Of a stretch of DNA of 64,000 nt, positions 30,207 through 46,766 are shown in pieces; position 1 is the first letter of the stretch, and each line of letters begins with the position of its first letter. The position numbers and the translations under genes are program-made. This stretch comes from Bilabrum cf. latius (Eukaryota): positions 1,054,001 through 1,118,000 of the forward strand of contig OZ237745.1 in assembly GCA_965178125.1 (NCBI GenBank), written 5' to 3'. The notes beneath the pieces are model-generated. The model searched no databases. It was not told where the DNA came from and saw only the letters and a list, made by a program, of their open reading frames with translations.

Positions 30207-30841
30207 GCAGCCACTTGAATGCGCGAAAGCAGCTTTCAAGCAAACCAAACCTTAACCCGGTGTTCAATTAAACACCACCAAAAAAGCCAAATGGTCAGAA
30301 GCAATTCGAAGAATCACCCCATTGCACTCAAATCTGAATCTTGAGTTGCCATCCAGTAGTCCCAGCACGGTAGACCTCGAAATACTTGCAATACAAGTTG
30401 TCTGTCGCCCATTGAAACGAAGGGATGAGCTCCATGGTTCCAGCCTAGCAGTTTCCGCCCCCCACCCAGAGCTTTTACTGGACTCTTTCAAAGACCGCCC
30501 ATCTAGTCGTAGCACGCTTGAATATTGAAAATTTAGGGGCTACTTGGACTGAGCTACCTTACTTCCGTTCGAATACTGTGCTGGTCTGTCTTCTTGGGTT
30601 TCCCGTCTTCCCTCGCCAGTCTGACCGCCCACCCAAGATTCTCATGCAAGGATACTCACGCCTCTGCAGCCACCAGGCGCGTATAAACTTCACCCATGAC
30701 GAGCTGTATTACAGGGATTGTGACTGGATGGTGCTATTCATACTTGGATTTGTTCAGATTTCAGGGTTGGTGGTGTTTAATTGAACACCGGGATTTTGCG
30801 TTGCCAGCTTGTTGCAGGCTTCATGCGCCAGGATAGGGTGC

Positions 30842-31228
30842 TTACTTGCCGCCCTTCTTGCCCTTGGTCTTGGGCAGGAGCACCTGGTGGATGTTGGGGA
30901 GCACACCGCCGGAAGCGATGGTCACGCTGCCGAACAGCTTGTTGAGCTCCTCGTCGTTGCGCACCGCCAGCTGGATGTGCCGGGGGATGATGCGCGCCTT
31001 CTTGTTGTCGCGAGCGGCCTGGCCGGCCAGCTCGAGCACCTCAGCGGCGAGGTACTCAAGCACAGCCGCCATGTACACGGGGGCACCAGAGCCGATGCGC
31101 TGGGCCACGCGCTGGTTGCGCATGTAGCGGGCCACACGGCCCACGGGGAACTGCAGACCGGCCTTCTCAGACCGAGAGACAGACTTGCCAGAGGACTTGC
31201 CACGGCCACCCTTTCCTTTGCCAGACAT
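30842..31228 (-). CDS. H2A: Histone H2A
   Basis: H2A with the KKGGK tail. Confidence 0.98.
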   Translation of the reverse strand: MSGKGKGGRGKSSGKSVSRSEKAGLQFPVGRVARYMRNQRVAQRIGSGAPVYMAAVLEYLAAEVLELAGQAARDNKKARIIPRHIQLAVRNDEELNKLFGSVTIASGGVLPNIHQVLLPKTKGKKGGK

Positions 31229-31526
31229 GTTGTTTTGTTTGTGTTGCTTTGGAATGAGGTTCAGGTGGATCGAGCCGCAGCTGTTGGATTGCCGTTTGGC
31301 GCCGCGCATGGTGCGCAACCTGGATGCATCGATGGACCCGGATTGCATGCATCGTAGGTGCGTGTGTGTCGTGTAGTCCATGTATGTGCATCTGCATGTA
31401 TGTTGCAATGCATGATATACCAACACAGCCAGAACAGGTGCATGCATCAACCAACTCAAACTGACATCCACGGTCGTTTGCCCTGCCGGTCCCTCTTCAT
31501 TCCAAAGCAACAAGAAAAGAACCAAG

Positions 31527-31877
31527 ATGCCCAAGACCCCGTCCAAGAAGTCCGGCAAGGCCTCCAAGAAGGCAGCTTCCACTGGAGGCAAGAGGAAGCG
31601 CCGTGTGGAGTCGTACGCCACGTACATCTACCGCGTGCTGAAGCAGGTGCACCCCGAGGTGGGCATCTCCAAGAAGGGCATGAGCATCATGAACTCGTTC
31701 ATCAACGACATCTTCGAGCGCGTGTGCACCGAGGCCGCCCGCCTGGGCCAGTACAACAAGAAGGCCACGCTGTCGAGCCGCGAGGTGCAGACCGCCGTGC
31801 GCCTGGTGCTGCCCGGCGAGCTGGCGAAGCACGCCGTGTCTGAGGGCACCAAGGCCGTGACCAAGTTCTCCCAGTGA
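31527..31877 (+). CDS. H2B: Histone H2B
   Basis: Same H2B protein. Confidence 0.98.
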   Translation: MPKTPSKKSGKASKKAASTGGKRKRRVESYATYIYRVLKQVHPEVGISKKGMSIMNSFINDIFERVCTEAARLGQYNKKATLSSREVQTAVRLVLPGELAKHAVSEGTKAVTKFSQ

Positions 31878-32172
31878 ATAGCCTGACGGCAGCTGGGTGG
31901 ACGACGGATGCGCAGCGAATCGCTGTACACACACGGAGCCCTGCCCAACCACAACCAATACCCCGGTGTTCAATTAAACACCACCAGATCACAATCACGA
32001 ACTATTCACGTCTATTTTTTCTACAACTTTGATCGATCTTCGCAAGAATACTGATTAGAGTCATGCTATCTCAGGTAGTTTTGGATTCCACTAGTAGTTT
32101 ATTTGGTGATAGATTGCATCGATGGTGGTGTTTAATTGAACACCGGGGTTGTGGTTTGGTGGTTGCGTTTGA

Positions 32173-33219
<1,047 letters not shown>

Positions 33220-33854
33220 GCAGCCACTTGAATGCGCGAAAGCAGCTTTCAAGCAAACCAAACCTTAACCCGGTGTTCAATTAAACACCACCAAAAAAGC
33301 CAAATGGTCAGAAGCAATTCGAAGAATCACCCCATTGCACTCAAATCTGAATCTTGAGTTGCCATCCAGTAGTCCCAGCACGGTAGACCTCGAAATACTT
33401 GCAATACAAGTTGTCTGTCGCCCATTGAAACGAAGGGATGAGCTCCATGGTTCCAGCCTAGCAGTTTCCGCCCCCCACCCAGAGCTTTTACTGGACTCTT
33501 TCAAAGACCGCCCATCTAGTCGTAGCACGCTTGAATATTGAAAATTTAGGGGCTACTTGGACTGAGCTACCTTACTTCCGTTCGAATACTGTGCTGGTCT
33601 GTCTTCTTGGGTTTCCCGTCTTCCCTCGCCAGTCTGACCGCCCACCCAAGATTCTCATGCAAGGATACTCACGCCTCTGCAGCCACCAGGCGCGTATAAA
33701 CTTCACCCATGACGAGCTGTATTACAGGGATTGTGACTGGATGGTGCTATTCATACTTGGATTTGTTCAGATTTCAGGGTTGGTGGTGTTTAATTGAACA
33801 CCGGGATTTTGCGTTGCCAGCTTGTTGCAGGCTTCATGCGCCAGGATAGGGTGC

Positions 33855-34241
33855 TTACTTGCCGCCCTTCTTGCCCTTGGTCTTGGGCAGGAGCACCTGG
33901 TGGATGTTGGGGAGCACACCGCCGGAAGCGATGGTCACGCTGCCGAACAGCTTGTTGAGCTCCTCGTCGTTGCGCACCGCCAGCTGGATGTGCCGGGGGA
34001 TGATGCGCGCCTTCTTGTTGTCGCGAGCGGCCTGGCCGGCCAGCTCGAGCACCTCAGCGGCGAGGTACTCAAGCACAGCCGCCATGTACACGGGGGCACC
34101 AGAGCCGATGCGCTGGGCCACGCGCTGGTTGCGCATGTAGCGGGCCACACGGCCCACGGGGAACTGCAGACCGGCCTTCTCAGACCGAGAGACAGACTTG
34201 CCAGAGGACTTGCCACGGCCACCCTTTCCTTTGCCAGACAT
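33855..34241 (-). CDS. H2A: Histone H2A
   Basis: H2A with the KKGGK tail. Confidence 0.98.
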   Translation of the reverse strand: MSGKGKGGRGKSSGKSVSRSEKAGLQFPVGRVARYMRNQRVAQRIGSGAPVYMAAVLEYLAAEVLELAGQAARDNKKARIIPRHIQLAVRNDEELNKLFGSVTIASGGVLPNIHQVLLPKTKGKKGGK

Positions 34242-34539
34242 GTTGTTTTGTTTGTGTTGCTTTGGAATGAGGTTCAGGTGGATCGAGCCGCAGCTGTTGG
34301 ATTGCCGTTTGGCGCCGCGCATGGTGCGCAACCTGGATGCATCGATGGACCCGGATTGCATGCATCGTAGGTGCGTGTGTGTCGTGTAGTCCATGTATGT
34401 GCATCTGCATGTATGTTGCAATGCATGATATACCAACACAGCCAGAACAGGTGCATGCATCAACCAACTCAAACTGACATCCACGGTCGTTTGCCCTGCC
34501 GGTCCCTCTTCATTCCAAAGCAACAAGAAAAGAACCAAG

Positions 34540-34890
34540 ATGCCCAAGACCCCGTCCAAGAAGTCCGGCAAGGCCTCCAAGAAGGCAGCTTCCACTGGAG
34601 GCAAGAGGAAGCGCCGTGTGGAGTCGTACGCCACGTACATCTACCGCGTGCTGAAGCAGGTGCACCCCGAGGTGGGCATCTCCAAGAAGGGCATGAGCAT
34701 CATGAACTCGTTCATCAACGACATCTTCGAGCGCGTGTGCACCGAGGCCGCCCGCCTGGGCCAGTACAACAAGAAGGCCACGCTGTCGAGCCGCGAGGTG
34801 CAGACCGCCGTGCGCCTGGTGCTGCCCGGCGAGCTGGCGAAGCACGCCGTGTCTGAGGGCACCAAGGCCGTGACCAAGTTCTCCCAGTGA
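34540..34890 (+). CDS. H2B: Histone H2B
   Basis: Same H2B protein. Confidence 0.98.
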   Translation: MPKTPSKKSGKASKKAASTGGKRKRRVESYATYIYRVLKQVHPEVGISKKGMSIMNSFINDIFERVCTEAARLGQYNKKATLSSREVQTAVRLVLPGELAKHAVSEGTKAVTKFSQ

Positions 34891-35185
34891 ATAGCCTGAC
34901 GGCAGCTGGGTGGACGACGGATGCGCAGCGAATCGCTGTACACACACGGAGCCCTGCCCAACCACAACCAATACCCCGGTGTTCAATTAAACACCACCAG
35001 ATCACAATCACGAACTATTCACGTCTATTTTTTCTACAACTTTGATCGATCTTCGCAAGAATACTGATTAGAGTCATGCTATCTCAGGTAGTCTTGGATT
35101 CCACTAGTAGTTTATTTGGTGATAGATTGCATCGATGGTGGTGTTTAATTGAACACCGGGGTTGTGGTTTGGTGGTTGCGTTTGA

Positions 35186-36232
<1,047 letters not shown>

Positions 36233-36449
36233 GCAGCCACTTGAATGCGCGAAAGCAGCTTTCAAGCAAACCAAACCTTAACCCGGTGTTCAATTAAACA
36301 CCACCAAGAAAGACAAATGCACAATTCAAAATTCGAATATACTACACCTAGTTCTTCAAAGTGTCTTTCATCACTTCCACCTTTGGTCGTGCATGCTGCC
36401 TGTTGGTGCCAATAAAATTGGTAAGAAATGCTGCCAATTATGATTTCAA

Positions 36450-39400
36450 TCACTTTTTCGACTTGCCTTTCGGCTTGGAGGCGTTCCTTGCTCGAAGCGC
36501 GGCGAGCCGCTCTTGGAAACGAGCAGCGCCACCCGGCTTGCCCGAGCTTGTGCTGCTGCCCTTCGCAAGGGAACGGATGGAGTCTGCCTTCGGTGCCCGA
36601 CTCGTCTTGTTGCTAGCGGTGCCTGTCTGCATTTGGGCAGGCACCGCACCCGCAGCCCTCGTGCCATCGTCGTCTCCGCTGCTGTCTTCCTCAGGCGTCG
36701 GTGCCTGCCCCTGTGCCTTGCCCCTGCCAGCCCCTGCAGCGGATCCGCCTCTTTCTCCACCGGCCCTCAGCGGTGTGCTTGTCTTGGAAACGGACGGAGC
36801 GATAGAGTCCGCCCCATCGCGCTCCCCCTCTCCCCCGGAACCGCCGTAGATGGCTCGCATGGCCTCTTGCATGCCCATGCCACCGGGGGAACCGGTGGTG
36901 GCGTCCAGGACCGAGTGCCCGCCGAGTCCCATCCCATGGTCCGGAGAGTCCAGGGTTGCAGGACTGGTGCCCGCCCCCCTACCCCCACCTTGCCCCGGCC
37001 CCGGCCGCTCGCCCGTGCCGACACTGCGAGTCGCGGATGAGATCGGCATGCCCTCGTCGTCCATGGCAGGTCCAGAGGACGCGGAGCTCGGCTGCAGGCG
37101 TCCGCTAGCTGTACCAGCACCAGCACCAGCACCAGCACGTGAGCGGTTCTCCCCCCTTGAAACCCTCTCCTCCTCCCCCCTTGAAACCCTCTCCTCCTCC
37201 CCGCCCACGGGACCGGCTGTTGCCGCTTCGGGGCCGCCGCCCATGGTCGTCGCGTCGAGGTCATTGCCGCCCTGCTCCTGCATGGCCTGCTGCACGCGGG
37301 CGATGCGCCGCCGCGCCAGGTCGTGCACGAACATAGACGCGGCGCGGTTGGCGGCTCCCCCGGCGCTGGCCTGCGTGCCGGCTTCCCCTGCGGCTGCCCT
37401 GTCCGCCGCTTCCTCCGCCTCGAGGAGGCAGGCCTCGAATCGGTCCGCAAGGGCAGGGAAGTGCCCCTCCAGGGCGAGGAGAGACTCCGCGGCCTGCTGC
37501 GCGTTCTTGCGGGCGTCCTTCGAGACACGCGTGGAAGACTGGGAGGACTTGCGGCGGGCAGAGGCCGCGTCACCCACGGCCACGGCGGCCGTGGCCGCAG
37601 CCGCCGCCCGCCGCATGCACCCGACGCCCCACGCGAGCTCATCCCTGTACTGGTGCACGGCCGCGGCGGGCACCGTGACCTTGAGCTGCTCCGCGAGCGC
37701 GGGCTGGTCGAGGGTGAGGAACCGCCGCACGTACAGGAATAGGAGGGAGGACTCCGTGACCGGCATGCCCGCGGCCGCCGCGGCCAGCGAGCTCAGCCCC
37801 GCCGACAGCGAGCTGCCCAGGGATGCGGCAGAAGAGCCGCCAGGACCGCCCGACGCCTTGCCGGCGTCCACCAGGTGCCTCAGTGCGGTCACCACGTCCC
37901 TGCCTCGGTGCCGAACCACGTCCCTAAGCATGGCCAGGCAGGACCGCACGGGCATGGCACGGGCGCGGTAGGACAGCTCCGCCGGGGTGAGCGGGGGCGG
38001 GCACTCACCCCCCTCCTTCTCGCCCCACCCGGGGGACAACCCCGACCCCGCGGGGCTCCCCGCGGCGGGCCGCATGACGGTGCAGAAGAACTGGTGCAGC
38101 GACATGAGGACCGCCTCGAGGTTGAAGCGAGGGCTGCCGAAGGGCCCGTGCGGCGCGGGGGTGATGCCCTCTGCCCTGGCGCGGCGCGCGGCCGACTGCG
38201 CCTGCTCCTTCTCGTTCTGCGCCAGCCGGTCCAGCAGCTTGCTCAGGTTGGTGGCGCTGCGCTCCGGCATCTCGGTCTGGCCCAGCCCCGCGGAGGTGGC
38301 CGAGTCCGAGGAGGCGGCCCCGAGGTCATCGGGGTCGAGGAGTCCCCTGGCCGCCGCGTGCGTGGGCGTGCCCCTCGTGAGCACGTCGATGACCGCGACG
38401 ATGCACGGGTCCCTGCGCGCCCTGTGCATGACCCGCAGCACCAGTCGGCTGATCCTCTCTTTGTACTCGTTCTTCAGGCGCCCGTCCGCCACACGCAGCA
38501 TGCACTCGTGCAGCAACGCGTTGAGAGACTTGGTGCCGACCTCCCTGCCCAGCTGGGGAACAAGGAACAGCTCCCCCAGGAACTCGATCGTCGCCGTCAC
38601 GAAGCCCTCGTCAAGGTGGCCGCTCGAGCTGAAGGCGGGGCTGGCCGTCCCAAGCGCCGCGGTGGCCACCGACAGCCGGGCCTTGTTCCTCGAGGCTTCC
38701 ACCGGCAGCACGGCCCCGCCGAACGCGTGGCACAGCAGCATGGAGGCGGCTTTGACCAGCGCAGAGGCGCCCTGCCGTAGGGCCGCCAGCCGGAGGGCGC
38801 GCTGCGACTACTCCCGCCTGGAGCTGCTCCCACCCTCCTGCCCCGTCGGGTCCTCGCCCTCGCCCTCGCTCTTGCCCGCCTGGCCCGCCTCCCGGATGGC
38901 CGTGGTCAGAGTGGACAGCGCGGTGAGCCCGGCGGCGTACCTCTTGGCGTCGAGCACCGCCGCCAGCTTGCCGCTCTTCCTTGCCCTGTCCATCAAATAG
39001 GCCGCCGAGTACAGGTCCTGGGCCAGCCCGCTGAGCCACCCGGGGAGGCCGGCGCCGCCCGGGCGGGAGGTGGCGTCCACGGCGGGTAGCGCCGCAGCCT
39101 CGGCGGCGGTCGGGGCGGGGAGCAGGCTCCTCGGGGCTGCCTTGCGGCCCATGGGAGTCTCCCTGCCCCCCGCGGCGTGAGATCCCTGCCTCTCCCGGCC
39201 CAGAAGAGAGCCCAGCATCGCGGAGTCCCGGGAGCCCGCGGTGCCGCCCGAGCCGTGAGGGGTACGCGACGTTGCGGCAGCGGCGGCTGCTGCTGCGCTC
39301 GACCTGGCGGCGGCGGAAATAGGCGCGTCGCTGGCCCTGCCCCCCGGCTGCCTCCTGACCCCGCCCCCGCCCTTGCCCGCCGCTCCTCCCACGGGAGGCG

Positions 39401-42400
39401 TCCCCGCCACTGCCCTGCGAATCTCGTTCGAGTTGATGACGACTGCCGTCTCGCGGCGGGCAGCCACCGCGACGGGCGTCCCGGGGAACTCGGCCAGGGG
39501 CGCCGCCTCCTCGTCCTCTTCTCCGTCCTCCTCCGGCTCATGGACCCCGGTTCCATCGATCTCCTCCTTCTCGTCCTCCTAATGGTCCCCGTCCTCGTCC
39601 GCTCCCTCAACCACGCCTGGCCCTGGCCCCCCTGCCGCAGCGGAGGCCCCACTGCCGGTGGCCTGGGGCCTCTCGCTTTCCCGCTCCTGCGGCATGCCGG
39701 TCTGCTGGAACCAGTGATCGATCTCGCTCAAGAAGGCAGAGACGTCCTGCTCCCCCTACCCTAGCGCGGACAGGTCCATCTCGCCCGCACCCGCACCCGC
39801 ACCCGCCCCCGCACCCGTCGGCATCTCCCCTCGCCCTCCTCCATGCACACCAGTGGCCGCCTCCTCCCTGTCCTCCTCCTCCTCGGCTGCCGCAGCCCGC
39901 GCCGCCCGCCTCGCGGTGGCTCTCCGGGCAGCCGCTTGAGAGGCACCCCCACCTCCACCGCCGCCTCTGCCGCCCCCGCGCCGGCGGCTGCCGGCTGCTC
40001 CGGATGAAGACGAAGAGGCCGCCCCCGCGCCAGCACCCCTGGCAGTCGCCCCGGCCCCGCCCCCGGGAGCCTCTCTGGCCCTCTGCTTCGCCACAGCGGC
40101 GGGGTCCTTCTCAGCCTTGCTCCACTCCTTCATCCGCCCCTGCATGATGTCCTTGCCCTTGGCCCCCAGGAAGGGCCCCAGCACGACCAGCACGGCCTCC
40201 CCCTTCCCGCCCATCTCCCGCCACAGCGGCCGCGCCGCCTCGAGCGCGGCGCCCCTGACCTCCGCGTTGGCTCCCGCCACCAGCCCGCCCACCACCTTCC
40301 ACCCCTCTCTCCCCACCAGGGACTTGACGCTGAAGCGGGTGGTGGCGCACGCCTCCAGCGTGCTGCCCACCGCCCTCAGTGCCTCTGCCTGAGACCTCTT
40401 GTTGGAGAGCTCCCGCACGGCGCCCAGCACCTGCCGCACGAAGGCCCTGGCACCCATCACGGGGGGCAGCAGGTCCAGGATCGCCCGGTACGCCAGGCGG
40501 TTGGCCTCCCTCGTGGCCCCCGCGTTGTCGAGCAAGGAGGGCAGCAGGAGCGCGGCCTCCTTCGCGTGCAGGTCCACGCCCGCGTCGGCGAGGTAGGTGA
40601 GCAGGTCGCGGAGCAGCACCTGGGTGGCCGACACGGTCGTGGTCTTGCGCGCGTACGTCTTGGCCGCGGCGTACTTGAGAACGAGGTCGAGGCTGGCGAG
40701 GACGGCGTCCGGGTCCTTCCCCAGCGCATCGTGCAGTGCACCCAGGGCCCGCTCTACGTCCACGTGGGAAGCCTGGGCGCCCCGGGGGAACAGCGCCCTC
40801 ATCAGAGCGTCGTTGGCGCAGCCGGCGCTGGACCACTCTGCCTCCAGCACGCCCATGGCCGCGTCCATGCCGTCTGCCGGCTGCCACCGAACGGCCCGGC
40901 GCAGCCTGTGCCCCTTGGCTCCCTCCCGGCCCATGCCCAGCTCAAGTCCTTCCGCCTCCGCTGCGCCGCCAACCCCTGCCCCGGATGCTCCTGCTGCTGC
41001 TGCTGCTCCCACGGCGGTAGCGGTAGCGGCCCCCCGGCCCCGGCCCCGGCTCTTGGATGAGGCCCGCGCTCCCCTGCCTCCCACGGCACCCTGCCGCCCC
41101 TTGCTCCCCGCGGCCCTGCCTCTGCCCCCGGCCCCGCGAGACCTAGACCTCGACTGCGATCCCGCCGCCCCCCCTGCACCGCCACCGCGGCCCCGCGACG
41201 TGCCGCTGCCGCTCCCGGCTGCAGAGCGCATCGTGCCGGCCATGGCCCGACGATCGGCCCGCGGGGCCGGCTGGCGCCCTGTCTCCTCAAAAGCCGCCCC
41301 CTGCGGCGCCATCTCCTCCGCCCCTCCTCCTTCTTCCCCGCTGCGAGCCGCCGCGTCCCTCTTCCTCCACGCGATGCCGCTCTGCAGGGCCTCGTCGGTG
41401 GGCTCCTTGCACTGCATGGTGTCTGCCTGCTTGAGCTCGCCCAGGGCGAGGCGCAGCGGTTTGCTGCCCCCGAAGCGGGCGGCCTGCTCCATGCAGGCGT
41501 AGGCGGACTTGCGGACGGGCGCCTTGCGGTCGAGCCCGCAGGCCACGAGCGGGCCCGCGAGGGCGCCGATCCTGCCCTTGTGCGGCATGGCGGAACCCAG
41601 CGGCAGGCTGCGGAGGCGGTCGGAGAGCCACTGCGCCACGAATCCCCTCCCCGACTGCGACTCGAGGGCCTCCTGCGCGGGGCCGAGCACGCCGTCCAGG
41701 CACGCTGGGTCGGCTGGGTCCTCGTCCTCGGGGGCGCCCCTGTCCCTCCGGTGGGTCACCAGGGCGCCGAGGCAGGCGAGGGCGGCGTCCCGCTGGCTGG
41801 CCTTCTTGTCCGCTACCATGTCCAGCAGCGCGGGGGCGCAGGACTTGACGAGAGGCGCGACCGCGGGCCCGAGGCAGCGGGCCAGCAGGGCCATGGCGGC
41901 GGCTGCGCGGGGCCTCAGGTTCGCGTTCGTGTCGCGCAGCCGCTTCCTCAGGGCCGCCACGAGAGGCTTGACCGAGTCGCTCATGCGGATGCCCGTGAGG
42001 AGCGCCCCCTCGAGCGCCTTGGAGACCGCGTCCATGCTCTCCGCGCGGATGACCCAGGGCTTGCGCTCGTCCTTGGAGCTCTTGGGCTTCTCCGTGAGAC
42101 ACATCTGCACGAGCAGCGACTGCTTGATCAGCTCGCTCGCATCTGCGGGGGGGATGTCGTCTTCGTCACCGTCGACGGTCGTGGCAGCGGCAGCCCCGTC
42201 CCCGCCGCCCGCCGCCCGGGCTGATGCCCCCGCCGCAGCGCCTGTTTCTCCGTCTCGGTCGCCCGCAGGCTCTGGCGCCCTGTACACCGGCGGGGCCGGG
42301 TCCGCCTGGGGGCACACGTACGCGAACGGTTCCTTGCCGGAGTCTCCGCCGCTGGCCCCCGCCCCGCTAGCTTCGAGCGCTGCCCGCGCCGTCTTGAGGC

Positions 42401-45400
42401 CCCCTTCGACGGCCTTGCCGCCCTGCCTCTCCGCCAGGGCCAGGTACTTGGCAGTGCGGGTGGGCCCCAGCTGGGCCTGCAGCTCCCTCAGGCAGTCGAG
42501 GGCAGGCTCCTTGAGCGTAGGACGGGCGAACCCGGCCCCCGTCTTGCTCGACAGGAGGTAGCCCAGGAGCTGGTCCCGGGCGCCGCCCAGCCGGCAGGCC
42601 CCGAAGGTGCGCAAGATCCTCGTGGCGAACGCCGACACGCCGGCGACCAGCGGGGCGGGGGCCTTGGCACCCAACCCAGCGGCCAGCACCCGCTGCAGCA
42701 CGCAGGGGGGACCCGCGGCGGCGCACGCCGCAAGGAGCAGCGCGGCCACCTCGGCCGAGCCCTTCCTCTCCTTGAGCTTGGGCGCGAGCCCCTGCACCAT
42801 CTCAAGCACGGCCCTGCGGGGCGCGGGGAGGCAGAGGTGGCTGCCCCCCGGCCAGGCGGTGCCCTCCCCCGCCGCCTCGCCGGCCGCCGTGCCCTCGGCC
42901 GCTGGCGCGAACGCCATCGTGGGCGACTCGCCCTGCCCAGGCCCAGGCCCGGTCTCGGGTCCGGGTCCGAGCCTCGCCGCCGACACGAGGGCCCTCCGCA
43001 GAGACCCCGTGAACGCCAGCAGCAGCGCGATGTTGGACAGGCTCTTCCAACCCTTGGTGGCGGCTTTGACGCACACCACCATGGCTTCCAGGAGCTGGCC
43101 CCTGCGGCTGCCCGTGGCCTTCTCCACGGCCACTGCCATGGCCTCCGCGGCGTCCCTCTTGTCCTGCCACTTGGTCCCCTATATCATGGGACCGGGGTCT
43201 GCCCCCGCCGCCCTGAGCAGGCCCTCGGCCTCCTCCAGTGAGGGGGGCATCCCCCCTTCGGCTTCCTGCTCCCGGCGCGCGGCCGGCCCGGTGCCCTTGC
43301 CCCGGCCCGTGGGCACTGTTCCCCCGCCCACTGCTGCAGTGGAAGACGAGGACGTCGCCGTGCCGCTGGGCAGGGTGCGAGGCCCACCCTCGTCGGCTCC
43401 CGCACCGGACGCGGGCCCCCTGGCTGCGGAGGAGCTACCAGCGGCACTCGTGGAGGCAGCGCGCCCCTGGCCTGGCAGGCGAGGAGGCTGCACGGCACCT
43501 GCGCGGGAGCCAGCACCATCGCCAGCGCCAGCGCCAGCGCCAGCGCCACCACCGGCTGTTGCCTACGAGCGGGGATTTCTGCCCCCCGGCAGGGAAGGGG
43601 GTGCCGCGGCGACCACGGCTGGCGCGGCGGCGGCCGCCTTGCTCGTGCTGGCAGCCCCACCGTCACCGTCACCGTCTCCATCACCGCTGGCCGCCGCCGC
43701 CTCTTCGATCCTGGCCCATGCCTTGGGATTGCCCTCCCGGATGGGTCCCAGGGCCGGCTGGAGGGCCTTGCTGGCGGGTCCCAGCCGGCGCACGAGGGCG
43801 GCCAGGCAGCCCTCCCCCGCCGCCCTCACCGCTGGGTTGCGGTCGTCCACGGCCTTCTTGAAGGCTGCGGCCAGCCCCCCCGGGCCTGCCGCGGCAGCCA
43901 GGGACTTTTTGGACCGGACCACCCCCGGGGTGGCGATGATGTGCTGCGCCGTCGCGAGCGCGTTCTCCCTGTGGGCGGGGGCGCCCGCCGCGCACGCCTT
44001 GGCGAGGAGCTCCGCCTCGTCCTCCAGCGAGGACAGGATGCCGTGCCTCAGCAGGCTGCCGCAGAGGGCGCGGGCGGCCTCCACGACGTACTTTTTCCTG
44101 TCCTTGTGCATCTTGAGGGCCGCTGCGAAGAGCCTCTGGCCGTCCCTGCCCTGCATGTTCCCCCGCATCCTCTCGGCGAGGGCCAGGGCGGCGACGGCCG
44201 CGGCGGCCACCACCGTGGGGTGCGTGTCTCCCGCTGCACGAACAATACCATCGCAGGCCGCAGAGTACGCCGCCGTCGCGGCCCCGTCCGCCGAGGAGGA
44301 GGCCCCCAGGGCGGCGTGCGGCCGCAGGGCTCGGATGACCCGGAGCAGCCCCTCGGTGCGCTCACCCCACTTCTTGGAGCCCAGCGCAGCCTCCAGGCCG
44401 GCCTTCTGCAGCGCCGCGGCGGCCGCCGCGTCCGCCTTGGACCCGGAGCCGGACCCTCCCTGTTCCCTGGCGTCAGAGTTCTCGTCCTCGCTCACGAGCA
44501 CGGCCTCGACGGCAGGCACCTCGCCCACCAGGAAGGCTCCCCCCCCGGCAGAGGACGCGGCCGGGACACTAGGTGCCGCGCCTGGTCCTGCTCCTGGTCC
44601 GGCTCCGGCGACGCCACTGGCGGCCCCTGACGATGCGGGGGCAATGCTGGGCCTTGCCACCGCTGCTGATGCTGCCTGTGTGCCTGCTCCCGGGGCATCA
44701 CCCTCAGCAGCGGCAGCGGTACCCCCAGAAGCCGCAGCTGACCCCTCCCGCACCGCCGCCGCCACGCCGTCCCACTGCTCCCTGACTGCCCCCGTGGCGC
44801 CCTTCAGCTGCCCCTCCAGCAGCTCCTCCACAGCCGACTCGCCCTCGGGACCCGACCCCCGAATGGTCCGCGCCAGCGACAGCGCCGCTTCGCTCACGGG
44901 CTTGACCGTCTTCATGAGCAGCAGGTTGGGCAGCAGAGACACCACGCCGGCCCCCGGGCCGCCGCCCTAGGCTCCCTTCCTGCCTTTGGGTTTGCCCCCT
45001 TTCCCGGGCGCGCACTCGTCCAGCCCCTGCAGCCCGTGCGTCTTCACGATGGCCTGGAAAGCTTCGAGGGCCGCGGGCACCGCCCTTGCCTTCCTCGTGT
45101 TCTTGGCCGCCGCCACGAGGTGTGGGACCAGGTGGCCGTGCGCCCCCAGGGCTACTGCTCGGGCCAAGATGTTCTTGGCCGCGCCAAGCACCGCCGGCTT
45201 GGTCGCCCCCAGCCCCTTGGTCACCACCGTGCCCGCCACCACAGGCAGGCCCTCAAGGAACCGCTCCCTCAGCGGGGAGGACGGTGCAGCCGCCCCCATC
45301 GCCGCGAAGCACTCGAGCCCCGCCTGCATGGCCAGCGGGGACGACTCCCCGCACATCTTCTTGAGCACCTTGTCAGTGAGGCACGCGGCTGCCGAGGACG

Positions 45401-46766
45401 CGTCCCCGCTGCCTTGCGCGCACTCCACCCCCTCCCCCTCCTTATTCTGACCAGCAGTAGCAGCGCCCAGCGCCGCAATGCCTCTGTAGGCCTGCGCCCG
45501 CGCCGCTATCTTGCGGTCGGCTAGCCGCTCCGCCCAGGGTCGGCTGTCACCTGCCCCGTCCGCACCCGCCTCCATAGCTGCCGCCACGGCTGACTGCTGC
45601 GAGCCGCTCTCGCCCCCTGGAGCAGCGCCTGAGGCTGCCCCGCTGCTGTGTGCACCGCTCCCGACCGGCACATCGTCTATTCCCGCCCCCACCCCCGCGG
45701 CAGTGCGCGCCTGCACGGGGACGTCGTCAGGGTACTCGCCCTGGGACCCCTGAAACGGGTTGTTCCCCGCGCCCCCGCCCACTGGCATATCGTCGAAATT
45801 GGTGCTGGGGCCGATACCGGTGCATGTGGCAGAGATTGCCGATGGAGCCTGTTCTGAAACCTGTTCTGGAGATGGAGCTGGTGCTGGTGCTGGTGCCGGT
45901 GCCGGTGCTGGTGCCGGTGCAGGTGCCTGCGCTGGTGTCGAATCTGGGGCTGTCGCTGCATTCACTGATTTGGATTCGCCCGAGACTGCATCTTTCGTCG
46001 CGGGATCGGGGGCTCCTGCCGTGTGTGCGGGTGCCTGGTCTTCCCCGTCCAGAGCATCGGCAGATGCTGCCTCGGGCTCCGACGCAGGCTGGACGGATTC
46101 TGCAGGGGCTGCAGCTCCCTGTTGCTCTGGCGCGCTGGTTTTGCTCGCCTCTTCCGCTTCGAACTTCTCATTCTCTTTGGTTCCATCGCCGGTCACAGCT
46201 CCTTTGCTCCCACTGGTGATGTCGAGTGCTTCGGATTGTGCGCCAGCGGGCGAGCTGTCGCTTGCCTGCTCAGCACTGCTGGCAGTGCTGGTGGGACCGG
46301 CAGCTTGAGAAGGAAGGTCAACAGATGATTGAAGACATTGGTCTGCGTCGTCTGCTGCGCCATGATCGCTCTCCCTGTCTTCTTGATCCTTGAAAGAAGA
46401 CGATTGAGCCGTGACTTCCGCAGCTGTTTTCGGAAGCTCGGCAGGTTTGATTACAGGAGAGTGGGCCATTTTAGACGGACCAGTTGGAAAAATGTCTTCA
46501 TCTAAGTTGCTTAGGTCATAGGCACCCTTGGCAATAACTGGAGCATCTTCACTCGCACCTGCAGTTGAAGGCAGGAACATGAATAGTCGGCGAGTGCAGC
46601 CGCAAATCATAATAGCTGCACAGTGGCAAACGATACAAATACCAATTATTGGATACCATGCGCCATGGCTACCCAACGTCGCGAATGAAGACAATGAATA
46701 CTTGCAATGTAGCACTGCACACGTCGCCATGCACGGATATGAGCGGGTACAGGACTTACCAGCCAT
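36450..46766 (-). CDS. CKAP5: TOG/HEAT-repeat microtubule polymerase (XMAP215/ch-TOG/MOR1 family), ~3,370 aa; probable exons 46766-46760 and 46558-36450
   Basis: One frame is broken only by TAG (44967, 43563, 43179, 39756, 39579, 38808) and ends in TGA. TOG-start motifs recur (RLADRKIAARAQAY, LGSKKWGERTEGL, TKWQDKRDA, KPWVIRAESMD), along with MHKDRKKYVV, VDDRNPAVR, LRKRLRDTNANL and VADKKASQR. Confidence 0.78.
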
